A program made the translations under genes and the position numbers. The notes beneath the pieces were generated by a model. It made no database searches, was not told the DNA's origin, and saw only the letters and a list, made by a program, of their open reading frames with translations. Positions 41,554-54,770 of a stretch of 64,000 nt of DNA are shown here, in pieces; within the stretch, counting starts at the first letter, position 1, and every line of letters starts with the position of its first letter. Source of the stretch: Octopus vulgaris (taxonomy: Eukaryota); the NCBI GenBank assembly GCA_951406725.2, contig OX597814.1, forward strand, positions 125,736,001-125,800,000, written 5' to 3'.

Positions 41554-41989
41554 TGTGTGTGTGTGTGTGTGTGTGTGATAAAGGGAAAAAGAGATGGAGT
41601 GAGAGAGGCAAAGGAAATACTATGGAGAGAATGATGGAGAGTTATGGTGAGAGGAATACAGAGATCGATGGGAAAGATAGATGGGGATACAATGATATAA
41701 TGAAGGGAGACAGAGCTTGATTAGAAAGAGAGAACGAAAAAGATGGAGAGACAGAGAGAGAGAGAGAGAGAATATTTTGAGATGAAGAGAAAGAGTGTGT
41801 GAGAGAGAGAGAGAGAATAAGGCTATAAGCCTCATATCAACACTTGTGTTCTTTTGTTTTATCGTTGTCGTAATGTTAGCCTGATTTTCCTGTTCTTGTG
41901 GCGAATAAATAAGGAAATCACCGTTGTTGTAATTTATCCTTGTAACGTTCCTTTACCCCTGTGGCGAAATCAGTCTTTCCGTATTATCG

Positions 41990-42677
41990 ACACACACACA
42001 TACATACATACATACATACATACATACGTACATACATACATACATACATACATACATACATACATACATACATACATACATACATACATACATGCATACA
42101 AACACATACATACATACATACATTCATACATACATACATACATACATACATACATACATACAGACAGACAGACATACATACATACATACATGCATGCATA
42201 CATACATACAAACATACATTACATATATACGTACATTCCTACATACAAACATACATACACACACTCACATACATACATACCATACACACACACACACATA
42301 TATATATATGTATATATATGTTTGTATGCATGTATGTATGTATGTATGTATGTATGTATAAAATATTGATACTATCTCTCACTCTTTCCCGCTTTCTCTC
42401 GTCCCCACCACCACCATCATCTACAAGCTCTATCACAAACACAAACACGCATAGATTCACACGTACATACGTATCCATCCATCCATACATACATAAATAC
42501 ATACATACATATAGTCATCCATCCATCCATCCATCTATACATACATACATACATACATACATACATACATACATACATACATACATCTATACATACATAC
42601 ATACATACATACATACATCTATACATCCATACATACATATAGTCATACATACATACATACATACATACATGCATCAA

Positions 42678-42709
<32 letters not shown>

Positions 42710-42856
42710 GTCATGCATACATACATACATACATACATCCATACATACATACATACATACATATAGTCATACATACATACATACATACATACATACATAC
42801 ATACATACATACATACATACATACATACATACATACATACATACATACATACATAG
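41990..42856. repeat. Large (CATA)n field
   Basis: Directly visible. Confidence 0.96.
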
Positions 42857-43122
42857 CGGATACTGCTGATGGAGCTGCTGCTGGTGCCGCTGCTGTTGTT
42901 TCCCCACATCAAAAACAAAACCAAGCTACAATCATTTACTTCAAACAATCTAGTATTTTGGAGGTGGTTTCTCGAGAAAGAAGTTCAAACTTATTGTTTC
43001 TATTAATATTACTTAATATCGCTTTCTTTCCCTCTCTCTCTTTTCTCCACCACCCCTCATCTTACTGCCCCTCTCTGTCTGTCCGTCTGTCTGTCTATCT
43101 ATCTATATATCTATCTATCTCA

Positions 43123-43177
<55 letters not shown>

Positions 43178-43309
43178 TATATATATATATATACATGTAT
43201 AAATATATGTATGTATTATTAAACACTTCTTATGATCGTCTCAATCTAAAGTTGAAATGATTATGAGAAATCTTTGTGTGTTCGTGTGTATCTAAATAGC
43301 ATGTATGTA

Positions 43310-43591
43310 CGTATGAATATACGTATGTATGTATGTATGTATGTATGTATGTATGTATGTATGTATGTATGTATGTATGTATGTATGTATGTGTGTGTGT
43401 ATATATGTATGTGTGTATGTATGTACGTATATACATACATATATACACACACATATACGCAAATACACACACATCAAATTTTATCATGTATACTAAATTG
43501 AAAAGAAGTCTACTTCGACTGAAACTCAACGAAAATTAAATGTGTGAATATATGTGAGTGGGGTATGTATGTATGTATGTATGTATGTATG

Positions 43592-43622
<31 letters not shown>

Positions 43623-44178
43623 GTATGTGTGTGTATGTATGTATGTATGTATGTATGTATGTATGTATGTATGTATGTATGTATGTATGTATGTATGTAT
43701 GTATGTATGTGTGTATGTATGTACGTATGTATCTGTGTGTATGTATGTATGTATGTATGTATGTATGTATGTATGTATGTATGTATGTATGTATGTATGT
43801 ATGTATGTATGTATGTATGTATGTATGTATGTATGTATGTATGTACGTATGTATGTATGTATGTATGTACGTACATATGTGTGTGTATGTATGTATGTAT
43901 GTATGTATGTACGTATGTATGTACGTATGTATGTGTGTGTATGTATGTATGTATGTATGTATGTACGTATGTACGTATGTATGTATGTATGTATGTATGT
44001 ATGTATGTACGTACGTATGTGCGTGTATGTATGTATGTATGTATGTATGTATGTACGTATGTATGTATGTATGTATGTATGTATGTATGTATGTATGTAT
44101 GTATGTATGTATGTATGTATGTATGTATGTATGTATGTATGTATGTATGTATGTATGTATGTACGTATGTATGTATGA
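43310..44178. repeat. Large (TATG)n field, opposite in orientation to 41990-42856
   Basis: Directly visible. Confidence 0.96.
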
Positions 44179-44269
44179 TTGGGTTTAGGGAAGGGTGGGT
44201 GGATGCGTAGCTACGTATATATATGTGAGTATATATTATATATATATATGTGTGTGTATATATATATGC

Positions 44270-44307
<38 letters not shown>

Positions 44308-44480
44308 GTAAAACATATATATATATATATACATGTAAAGCATATATATGTGGAGTAGATAAAACGGGACAACTGATGAAGGGAATATTCTTTAGGTTGC
44401 CTGCCTCGTTTCTCATTTTGTTCTGGTTTTTTTTTTACGTCCTGTACCCATATATGCCTGTATATATACATATATGTATG

Positions 44481-44548
<68 letters not shown>

Positions 44549-44860
44549 TATATAGGTCAGTATGTATGTACGTATGTATGTGTGCGAACGCGCATACATA
44601 CACGGAGAAAGTGAGATAAAGGAAACAGAGTTACACTTATTTCATTTAGACTTAGTTTACTTCCTAAAATATAATTCAAGTTCTTTTCATTGAAATTTTA
44701 AACAAATTGTAAGACTCCTAATACACACTGCATAGTTTGAGAGAAGCTTTCTTTCCTACATGTAAAAAAAAGAAACAACAGAAGATAAATTCCTTTACTA
44801 GTTGAACAAGCCGACAGACGAAAATTGTACTCCCTGTCAATTTGGTCCTCTGTTCATCTA

Positions 44861-44895
<35 letters not shown>

Positions 44896-44898
44896 ATC

Positions 44899-44980
<82 letters not shown>

Positions 44981-45229
44981 TTTGTACATACGTAAAACTG
45001 TCATTTGTACCCTCTCAGTTACATTATGTGTGCGTATATTTTGTGTGTATTTGTTTGAAAGCCCCAAACGACCGCGGCGCAGCGAATTCACGCCTATAGT
45101 ATTGTGTATGATTGACCTTGATCGTCAGTTTAGTAATAGCCATATAACACCAGGTCAGTTAGTCAGCCATCAGTCGACATTTACAAGCGTGAACGTATGT
45201 TTTGTGCACTTTGGAATTTGTCGCATGAT

Positions 45230-46120
45230 GAACAATAAAAGATTCGCAAGAACAACGTGTTTGTATGAAACCCTATTTCAGATTGGAGACCAAAGCGGAG
45301 ACTTCTTTCGTGTTGCGACAAGCTTATGGGGAAGACTTTGAGCTGTACTCAATGCCATGAGTGATACTAACGTTTGAAATCAAAGAAACCATTCACTGAA
45401 GGCAATACTAAATCGGAACGATCTATCACGACAACTACTGCAATCACAGCGAAATAATCTACGTTGATCCGCGAAATGGTTGCGTGACTGACATTCACCG
45501 AAGACGATCCCGAATCTGGACGATCTACCACGACAACTGCAATCACACTGCGAAAGAACGTGCCCTGATCCGTGAAATCATTGCCTGACTGTCCGTTAAA
45601 TTTACGAAGAAGCAGACATCTGTAAAAGTTCGTTTCATATGGTTTAAAAAGAATAAAAATTGGTTAAAAAAAAACACTGTGTTGCGGAAAAATTGTGTCG
45701 CGTCTAACTAACGAACGGACAAAAATAGAACCGAACCAGGGTCAGTCAAGAACTGTTTGATCGCTCGAATATTGATGAAAACTTTTTTGACGTGTGTCAC
45801 ATCATTGCCGTCTATCCAAAAAGTCGTCAATCCAACATTGCCACTCCTCCATCATCATTAACCACCACACACACATACACACACACCATCACCACACACA
45901 CACCATCACCACACACACACCATCACCACACACACACGCAAAATGTCCCGGAGTCGCTGAAACGCTGTGATATTGGTTGTCGATTTTAAATATGAAGATA
46001 TCATTCATGAGTTGTTTTCACGTGATCATACGATCAATAAAGAGTTTTATTGGATGTCCTCAGACGTTTGAGATGCCTGAAGCAAGGATAAACACAACCT
46101 AGATACTGTAACTACTCACG
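45230..46120 (+). pseudogene. Mariner-type (Tc1/mariner) transposase relic
   Basis: QEQRVCMK..FRL, LRQAYGED, TEDDPESGRSTT (cf. EDDxRSGRPST), VSQELFDRSNIDENF, IIHELFSRDHTINKEFY..VLRRL (cf. IVHxEFVPxGQTVNxxFYxxVLxRL). Confidence 0.85.
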
Positions 46121-46194
46121 TTGTGACTTTTAGGCAAAGTACGAGAAGAATTTCGTCTATTCTTCCTAAAACTGCCCTATTTTTAGGATTTGGC

Positions 46195-46520
46195 TTAAAG
46201 GGAATGAAATCGACCCCACTACTTTTATTTATTTTTTTAAGCCTGGTACTTATTTTATCGAACCGCTAAGTTACGGAAACGTAAACACAGCAGCACTGGT
46301 TGTCAATAGTGGTCGGACACAAACACGAACAGAAAGACACACTCACACACACACACACACGACGAGCTTCTTTCAGTTTCCGTCTACCAAATCCACTTAC
46401 AAGGCTTTAGTTGGTCTGAGGCTATAGAATATGACACCCGCGCAAGGTGACACGCAGTGGAACTGAACTCTGAACCATGCAGCTGGAAAGGAAACTTCTT
46501 TCCACACAGCCACTTCTGCG
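46195..46520 (-). mobile_element. SINE family B
   Basis: CGAACCGCTAAGTTACGG...CTTTCAGTTTCCGTCTACCAAATCCAC...CCACACAGCCAC. Confidence 0.85.
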
Positions 46521-46564
46521 CCTTGGACAAGAAGCTTCGCACACGCGAGCGTTCTCCTACAGTA

Positions 46565-47057
<493 letters not shown>

Positions 47058-48079
47058 ATATGTACATAAAAGTGCATATATGCAGATGCATGTATATATG
47101 TACTCACATAAGCACACTCACATATTGCTGGTACTGACTACTGTACCGAAGTTTGTTCTATTAACTCTGACGTTTCGTTTATCAAGATCTTCCATACAAC
47201 ACAATCTATATACACTTCCCTTCATATATGCTCTCTGCCCACTTTTCTTCACACAAGGCACTCTCTATGGCAGCGGTTGTAATGTTAGTGCCTATGGTGA
47301 TGGGGTTTACAAATCCATCGTGATCGAACGGGTCAACGCATGATCAAAGGCGTCGCAGTCATGACTATCCTATCTATAATTCAGAACGACTTTGTCCACT
47401 ATAATTCAATCTTTTTAAATTGAAGGGTGCTGTTTGAAGGAGATCTGGCTGCTATATCTAGCTCTTCGGACGACCATCCACTGGCTTCCTAATTTGCTTA
47501 TTGAGTTGTTCTTGTATATCTCCAAGTCAGCCTTGACTGAGTAGTCCTATGGCGCTCAGGTTGCAGGTTGACGAGGCACAGTCCACAGATCCAGCTTCTA
47601 TCATTTGAATGATAGCCACACTTATATTCGAACATACAATGATGAAATGTATGAGGTGCAGTGCAACATTCAGCAGACATTGTACTCTCTAAACCAGTGC
47701 TTATCTTTTAACATAATTGTTCCAGTCAAAGAACTACAGCTATACTGGGCCACAATCTTGAAAAGTTTTGGTCGAACAAATCACCCCCAGCACTTATTTA
47801 TTAGAGTATAGTATTTATTCTGTTAATCCCTCTTGTGAAACTCCTAAGTTATAGTGATGTAAACTAACCAGCATCAGTTGTCAAGCGGTGGCAGGGACAA
47901 ACGCAGACACAACGGCCCAAGGTTCTGTGCAGTGGCAGTGTACTCGAAACCAACTTCATAACCATACAGCCATGTCTCTCAAACTTTTCTTTTAACTCCA
48001 ACCCCTTTTCTTTTATTAACACTTTTCCACCCTACCCTTTTCCCTTGCTACAATTCAATAATATTAAATACACCACGTA

Positions 48080-48490
48080 AGGCAGCGACTTGGCAGAAAC
48101 GTTAGCACGTCAGGCGAAATGCGTAGCCGTATTTCGTCTGCCGTTACGTTCTAGGTTCAAATTCCGCCGAGGTCGACTTTGCCTTTCATCCTTTCGGAGT
48201 CGATAAATTAAGTACCAGTTACGCACAGGGGTCGACACAATCGACTTAATCCGTTTGTCTGTCCTTGTTTGTCCTCTCTGTGTTTAGCCGCTTGTGGGTA
48301 GTAAAGAAATAGAAATAGGTATTTCGTCCGTCTGTATGTTCTGAGTTCAAATTTAGCCAAAAGTCGACTTTATCTTTCGTTGTTTCGGGGTCAATAAAAT
48401 AAGTACGAGTTGAACACTGGTGCTGATGTAATCTGCTTACTCCTCCTTCCCCTCAGCTTGCTGTCCTTGTGCCAAAATTTGAAATCAATA
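48080..48490 (+). mobile_element. Dimeric SINE family A with 17-bp TSD
   Basis: A full unit is followed by a headless second unit starting GGTATTTCGTC; AATATTA(A/G)ATACACCAC at 48060-48076 and 48487-48503. Confidence 0.9.
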
Positions 48491-48589
48491 TTAGATACAC
48501 CACAAAAAACTGCTGCCAACATGTTGATCACATTTAAAAGATTATTTACATATAAGTCATTTCATCAATATATTTCGCCCCTAGATATC

Positions 48590-48790
48590 GCTTTCAAAAT
48601 TTAGCACAAGGCCAGCAATTTCGCAGGAGGGGATAAGTCAATTACAGTGTTCAACTGGTACTTATTTTATCGTCTCCGAAAGGATGAAAGGCAAAGTCGA
48701 CCTCAGTGGAATTTGAACTCAGAACCTAAAAACGGACGAAACGCTGCTAAGCATTTTATCCGGCGTGCTTAAGATTTTGCTACCTCACTG
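48590..48790 (-). mobile_element. SINE family A monomer
   Basis: CGAAAGGATGAAAGGCAAAGTCGACCTCAGTGGAATTTGAACTCAGAAC. Confidence 0.85.
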
Positions 48791-49774
48791 TCTACTTGGA
48801 TACACCCTTTAGATTCTGTTGATGACCAAAATGGAGATGGGCAGAGCAGAAGAGTTGCTGTTCTGTTAGTGATGTACACCCAAGCATAGTGTTTGAGGCC
48901 AGTACAGCTTTTGATGATTCAATTATTTCAGGGTGTTGGTAGTGTTCCTTATGTTTGTTTAAGCTTCAGTGATAGAAAAAAGTATCTTTTAGGATGTTGT
49001 AGTAGTGTTTTAGTGTGTTGCTGCAGAAAGAAACGATGTCTCTTACCTGTGCAGGTGGCCCTTCATTTTTCGCATTATTGTTTCGTTGAGCAGGTGGTCT
49101 GTGGGTGTGGTCTGTGTACAACCTGTTATGATACGTTAATGTCCTAAGATGTTCTTTGTAGTTTATTGTGGAGAATTGGGGGCGCAAACAGGGGCAGGAC
49201 TGGCACAACCCATGATTGAAATAATGTATTGTTTGTACAGCATTGTTGCAGTTTCTTTCTGATGGCTAAATGTATTGTGATTGCTCTAAGTATCATCGTG
49301 CATTGTTTTGCCTTCTTTACTATATACTCAATATGTGCTACAGAAGATTCGTGAGTAACGCCTCGTAATTACCTTCAGCATGTGTGGTATGTTTGTGTTG
49401 TTGAATGTGAGGGTCGATCGTATTTGTTTTGTGCTAAGAAGAGACAGTGGATCTGGTAGATGCTACGTTAAGTCTTGTCGTGGAGCCAAACTTTCTAGGT
49501 GACCTCCATAAGACTGAAGTAGTTGCAGAGCAGTGTCTGCGGAATGGTGAGAGGATGTGAATGTGATGTCATCTGTGTATAAAGCTGTTTGTACGTCTTG
49601 TGGAAGGGTGGTAAAGTTGTGTAGGTATAGCCTGAAAAAGTAGATGGGTGAACGGATACTCCATCCGGGAAATTACAAGTTTTTAAAGTGTTCTTCTAGT
49701 ACACTACATATGCTTTGGCCGACCTGGCAAGCAGTTCATTTAGCATCATTTTGTTAAGTTTCTTAAAAGGGTTT

Positions 49775-50155
49775 CTTTATCTTTTAATTGCTTTAGTCAC
49801 CGGACTGTGGCCATGCTGGGGGGAACTGCCAAGAAGGATTTAGTCGTACGAATCAACCCCAGTACTTGTTTTTAAGTCTGGCACTTATTCTATCTGTCTC
49901 TTTTGATGAACTACTAATGCACGAGGACATAAGCAAACTAACACCGTTTGTCAAGCGGTGGTGAAGGACGAACACAAACACACATATACGATGGGCTTCC
50001 ATAGAGTTTCCTTCTACCAAATTCACTCACAAGGCATTGGTCGATCCAAGGCCATAGTAAAAGTCACTTGCCCAGAGTGCTGCGCAGTTAGACTGAACCC
50101 AAAGCCGTGTAGTTGCAAAACGAGCTTCTTATCCACACAGCCATGCTTGCGCCTG
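49775..50155 (-). mobile_element. SINE family B, older copy with a minimal internal microsatellite
   Basis: GACTGTGGCCATGCTGG...CTACCAAATTCACTCACAAGGC...CCACACAGCCATG. Confidence 0.8.
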
Positions 50156-50289
50156 TAATTAAGCTGTATATTTTTGCTTGCATTTTTTTCTTTTTTCTTT
50201 TTTGCACATGGGTTGATAGCAAGAAATGGAGTAAAAAGTTTTACTAGTGTTGATGGTAGTTAGAATGGTAGATATGGGAAGCTTATAAG

Positions 50290-50520
50290 CCGACGAGCTG
50301 GCAGAAACGTTAGCGCGCCGGGCGAAATGCTTAGCGGTATTTCGTCCGCCGTTACGTTCTGAGTTTAAATTCCGCCGAGGTCGACTTTGCCTTTCATCTT
50401 TTCGGGGTCGATTAAATAAGTACAAGTTACGCACTGGGGTCGATATAATCGACTTAATACCTTTGTCTATCCTTGTTTGTCCCCTCTATGTTTAGCCCCT
50501 TGTGGGCAATAACGAAATAA
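50290..50520 (+). mobile_element. SINE family A with 12-bp TSD
   Basis: Intact body; AGATATGGGAAG at 50270-50281 and 50520-50531. Confidence 0.92.
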
Positions 50521-50629
50521 GATATGGGAAGTTTTGATGGTGATGGTGGTGGTGGTTAAGGCTGTTGTAGTAGGAGTGGTGACAGTGGTGGCGGTAGTAC
50601 GGATGTTTGCGGTGGTGCTTGGATCCTTT

Positions 50630-50860
50630 TAGCTTTTTTACCTTTTGCTTGTTTCAGTCTTTGGACTATGGCCATGCTGGGGCACCGCTTTGAATGGCTT
50701 TAGCCGAACAAATCAACCCCCCAGTACTTATTTCTTTTTTTGAAGTCTAGTTCTTATTCTACCGCTACCTTTTGCCGAACCGCTAGTGTTACAAGGACGT
50801 AAACAACCCAACACCAGTTGGAGGAAGACAAATACAAACACAAAGAAGCACTAACAGATA
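50630..50860 (-). mobile_element. SINE family B 3' half
   Basis: CTTGTTTCAGTCTTTGGACTATGGCCATGCTGGGGCACCGC...TTTTGCCGAACCGCTAG. Confidence 0.8.
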
Positions 50861-50898
50861 CACACATACACACTCATACAATAATAATAAGAAGAAGA

Positions 50899-50972
<74 letters not shown>

Positions 50973-50973
<1 letters not shown>

Positions 50974-51135
50974 TGCAATAAGACTGGAGCACTTGCAGAA
51001 AACAGCACTGCTTGGAACCGCTCGAATACTCCGGGAGGTGCTCGAAAAATAAGAGGTGTTACCTTAGTTCACTGGTAGTGAACAGCTGACACCGTAGTAC
51101 ATCTCCAGCATTAGAAGCTGTGCAAAGGCAATGAA
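50973..51135 (+). mobile_element. 5'-truncated R4/Dong-like retrotransposon 3' end in a (TAA)n tract
   Basis: Open frame 50975-51052 AIRLEHLQKTALLGTARILREVLEK*, matching the LQKxALLGTAxILRxVL ORF terminus of the R4/Dong clade. Preceded directly by (ATA)n. Confidence 0.85.
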
Positions 51136-51138
51136 TGA

Positions 51139-51226
<88 letters not shown>

Positions 51227-51741
51227 ATTATTATTATTATTATTATTATCCCCTTCTTTCAATGTTGCTTCCGTTTCTTGCCGAGAGTCTTCTCGATACC
51301 TAGGGCAAAGAAACTCCCTGTATACCTTGGTAGACCATAAAAATAAACACACCAGATTGTTCATTTAGAAAGTCATGTGGGAGGGAAAAAACGGGAAAGA
51401 AAGAAAGAAAAAAGAAAGAAAGAAAGAAAGGAAGACAGAAAGGAAGAAAGAAAAAGGAAAGAAGGGAAAATGGATAAAGAGAAGACAAAAAAAAAATAAG
51501 GAGGGAAAAGGAAAGAAAATTCACAGCAACAATGTTCTTCTCAATACGAGCAATGTACCAGTTAAAACAATCTTTCACATTTCCTGCACCGACGGTAAGC
51601 CAAGGATCAGCCTCAAATAATTTTTTATCATTCCTAGTGTTTTTATCATTCCTACAATCACTGATATTGTAACTGTCTTGAGAAGCTACATTTTTTTTCT
51701 ATTTCAATCAGCAAATCTTTATACTTTCTGAGCTTTATTAT

Positions 51742-51950
51742 TGGCGAGCCGGCAGACTCGTTAGCGCGCTGAACGAAATGCTTAGAAGTATTTCACCCGT
51801 CGTTGCGTTCTGAGATCAACTTCCGCTGAGGTCGCCTTTCCCTTTCATCCTTTCGGAGCCGATAAATTAAGTACCAGTGAAACACTGGAGTCGATGTAAT
51901 CGACTTAATCCCCTCCCCCAAGGTGCCCTTCTGGCAAAAATTTGAAACCA
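51742..51950 (+). mobile_element. SINE family A monomer running into (ATT)n
   Basis: GGCGAGCCGGCAGACTCGTTAGC...CCTTTCATCCTTTCGGAGCCGATAAATTAAGTACCAG. Confidence 0.85.
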
Positions 51951-52067
51951 TTATTATTATTGTTATCATTATCATTATTATCATCATCAGCATTATTATA
52001 ATTATAATTATAATTATTATTATTATTATTATTATTATTATCATTATTATTATTATTATTGTTATTG

Positions 52068-52117
<50 letters not shown>

Positions 52118-52151
52118 TAATATTATTATTATTATTATTATTATTATCATC

Positions 52152-52196
<45 letters not shown>

Positions 52197-52203
52197 GTTA
52201 TTG

Positions 52204-52250
<47 letters not shown>

Positions 52251-52257
52251 GTTATTG

Positions 52258-52296
<39 letters not shown>

Positions 52297-52297
52297 C

Positions 52298-52366
<69 letters not shown>

Positions 52367-52376
52367 GTTATTGTTG

Positions 52377-52438
<62 letters not shown>

Positions 52439-52440
52439 TA
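51950..52440. repeat. ~490-bp (ATT)n/(ATC)/(GTT) microsatellite
   Basis: Directly visible. Confidence 0.97.
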
Positions 52441-53084
52441 AAACAGTCTGATTTAGGCCCATACGACAAGTTTCGTACGCTTCGTAGCTCGTCGGCCCTA
52501 GTTTTCCGTCTGCTAAAATATACTCACAAGGCATTGGTCGGCCCGGTGTTATAGTAGAAGACACTTGTCCCTATATGCCACGCAGTAGGACTGAACTCGA
52601 AACCACGTGATTGGGAAGCAAACTTATTACACAGCTATACTTGCGCCTACAAAGGGTGATTGTTGTAGTGGTTGTGTTAGGCGGTGGGGGATGTGTGCAG
52701 TATTGTTTGTGGTGGTGGATGAGGAAGCGGTGTTATTAATTATTCGTTTAACCCCAGGTCAACCCCAACTTATCATGCCCACATTCAAAGGCGTGCTAGC
52801 CGTGTCCATGCAGTCTTTTAAAGGACCCAACTACAACGACCGCTAACACCACCACCACAACCACCACCACCACCACCACCACCCACTATATCCTTTTTTA
52901 AAGATGTAATAATATGGTTAGAAGAGTATTTGGCTGCTATTTCTAATAGGTTTAACAATCACACAGACATAGAAGCTCCTAACCTTAGGAAACGTATGAA
53001 AACCACCACATCTCACATCCTTTGACCCGATCATAAGCTTTTCACACTATCCCACTGTTAGAAATAATCATCATCAGTATTTTC

Positions 53085-53720
53085 ATCACCACCACCACCA
53101 CCACAACTACAACCACCACCACCACCACAAACACCACTACAACCACCACCACAACCACAACCACCACCACAGCCACCACTACAACCACCACCACCACCAA
53201 AACCACCACTACAACCACCACCACAGCCACCACTACAACCACCACCACAACCACCACTACAACCACCACCACAACCACCACCACAACCACCACCACAACC
53301 ACCACCACAAACACCACTACAACCACCACCACAACCACAACCACCACCACAGCCACCACTACAACCACCACCACCACCACCACACCACCACCACCACCAC
53401 CACCACCACCACCACCACAACCACCACCACCACAACCACCACTACAACCACAACCACCACTGCAACCACCACCACAACCACCAATACAATCACCACCACA
53501 ACCATCAAACTACCATTACAACCATCACCACCACTACCATCTCTTCGAACACCATCACAACCACTATCATCACTTCAAACACCATTACAACCACCACCAC
53601 TACCACAACTACAACCACAACCATCACCTCAACCAACATCACAACCATCATAACCACCACCACCTCCACCATAACCGCAACTACCACAACCACCACAACC
53701 ACTATCACAACCACCCATCA
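53085..53720. repeat. (ACC)n-derived repeat field with higher-order structure
   Basis: ACC/ACA/ACT units; a ~78-bp block is repeated 180 bp apart. Confidence 0.95.
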
Positions 53721-54047
53721 TCATCACATTTCTACCACGACCACCACTGGTGCTATCATCACCATTATTATAACCAGCACCGTTGCTACAACAAACACAG
53801 ACCACTACCACAACTACCAGCTTCCCTATCATCATCATCATCATCATCATCCTCAATACTAGTACAACCCCATCACCACCGCCACCTCCATTACCAAAAC
53901 CACCAGTATTAGCATCACCCTCAACAACCCATCACCGCTGCTACCACTTCCTTTATAACCACCGCCAATTTCGTTGCCGTCGTCGTAGTGGCCGTCATCA
54001 ACATCATCACCATCAATATCATCACCATCATTGTCCTCATCATTGCC

Positions 54048-54095
<48 letters not shown>

Positions 54096-54437
54096 ACATC
54101 GTCATCACTATCACCATTATTGTTATTGTTACCATCCTTTGTTTAAAATATATTAGAAAACAATGAAAAAGTGAATTAAATGTTTTGTTGTGTGCATGTG
54201 TGTGTGTGTGTGTGCGTGTGTGCGGACGTGTGTGTGTATACATATATAGCTACATATATATATATATATACACATGCAATATATAAACAAATATAAACAT
54301 ACATATATACATAGACACGCGCAAACTCACATTCACTCACACACACACACACATAATATAATATATAGAGAAGACACACACACATATACTTATATATTTT
54401 TATACATATACATATATATTTTCATAGATATACATAT

Positions 54438-54471
<34 letters not shown>

Positions 54472-54497
54472 ATGTTTTTTTGTTTCCCGTTTGGATT

Positions 54498-54598
<101 letters not shown>

Positions 54599-54734
54599 AA
54601 GACGAGAGATAATAGAGAAAAATAGATAAAGAAAGAGAGATGGAGATACAGAGAGGAACGAGAGAGAGTGTGAGAGAGGGAAAGAGTGTGTTTGTGTGTA
54701 TATGTGTGCGAGGTAGAAGAATCACCGGCGACAA

Positions 54735-54770
54735 ATTGTGCATGACGTCGATTCGATCACTGTTCCTTGC
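54735..54770 (+). promoter_or_regulatory. Candidate core promoter of the downstream gene
   Basis: CRE-like TGACGTCG (54743-54750) and Inr-like TCACTG (54757-54762) at the start of a CpG-containing, SINE-free stretch leading into the exon. No TATA box seen. Confidence 0.3.

Larger units (their letters stand above)
47485..49740 (-). pseudogene. Decayed LINE 3' half (RT to CCHC-like C-terminus and tail), interrupted by SINEs at ~47720-48790
   Basis: Minus strand FRLYLHNFTTLPQDVQTALYTDDIT (~49565-49640; YADD-like), C-terminal ECCTAPHTFHHCMFE (~47630-47675), tail GTCAAGGCTGACTTGGAGATATACAAGAACAAC. Confidence 0.75.

Noticed and set aside
44360-44400. CTGATGA as an intact hammerhead ribozyme
   Set aside because: No correctly placed GAAA or stem II/III pairing in this copy.
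53058-53435. GGGC/GGCS-repeat ORF resembling a keratin-associated or structural protein
   Set aside because: It is one reading of the (GGT)n array and the other frames are equally open (poly-V). There is no ATG start, signal peptide or exon context.
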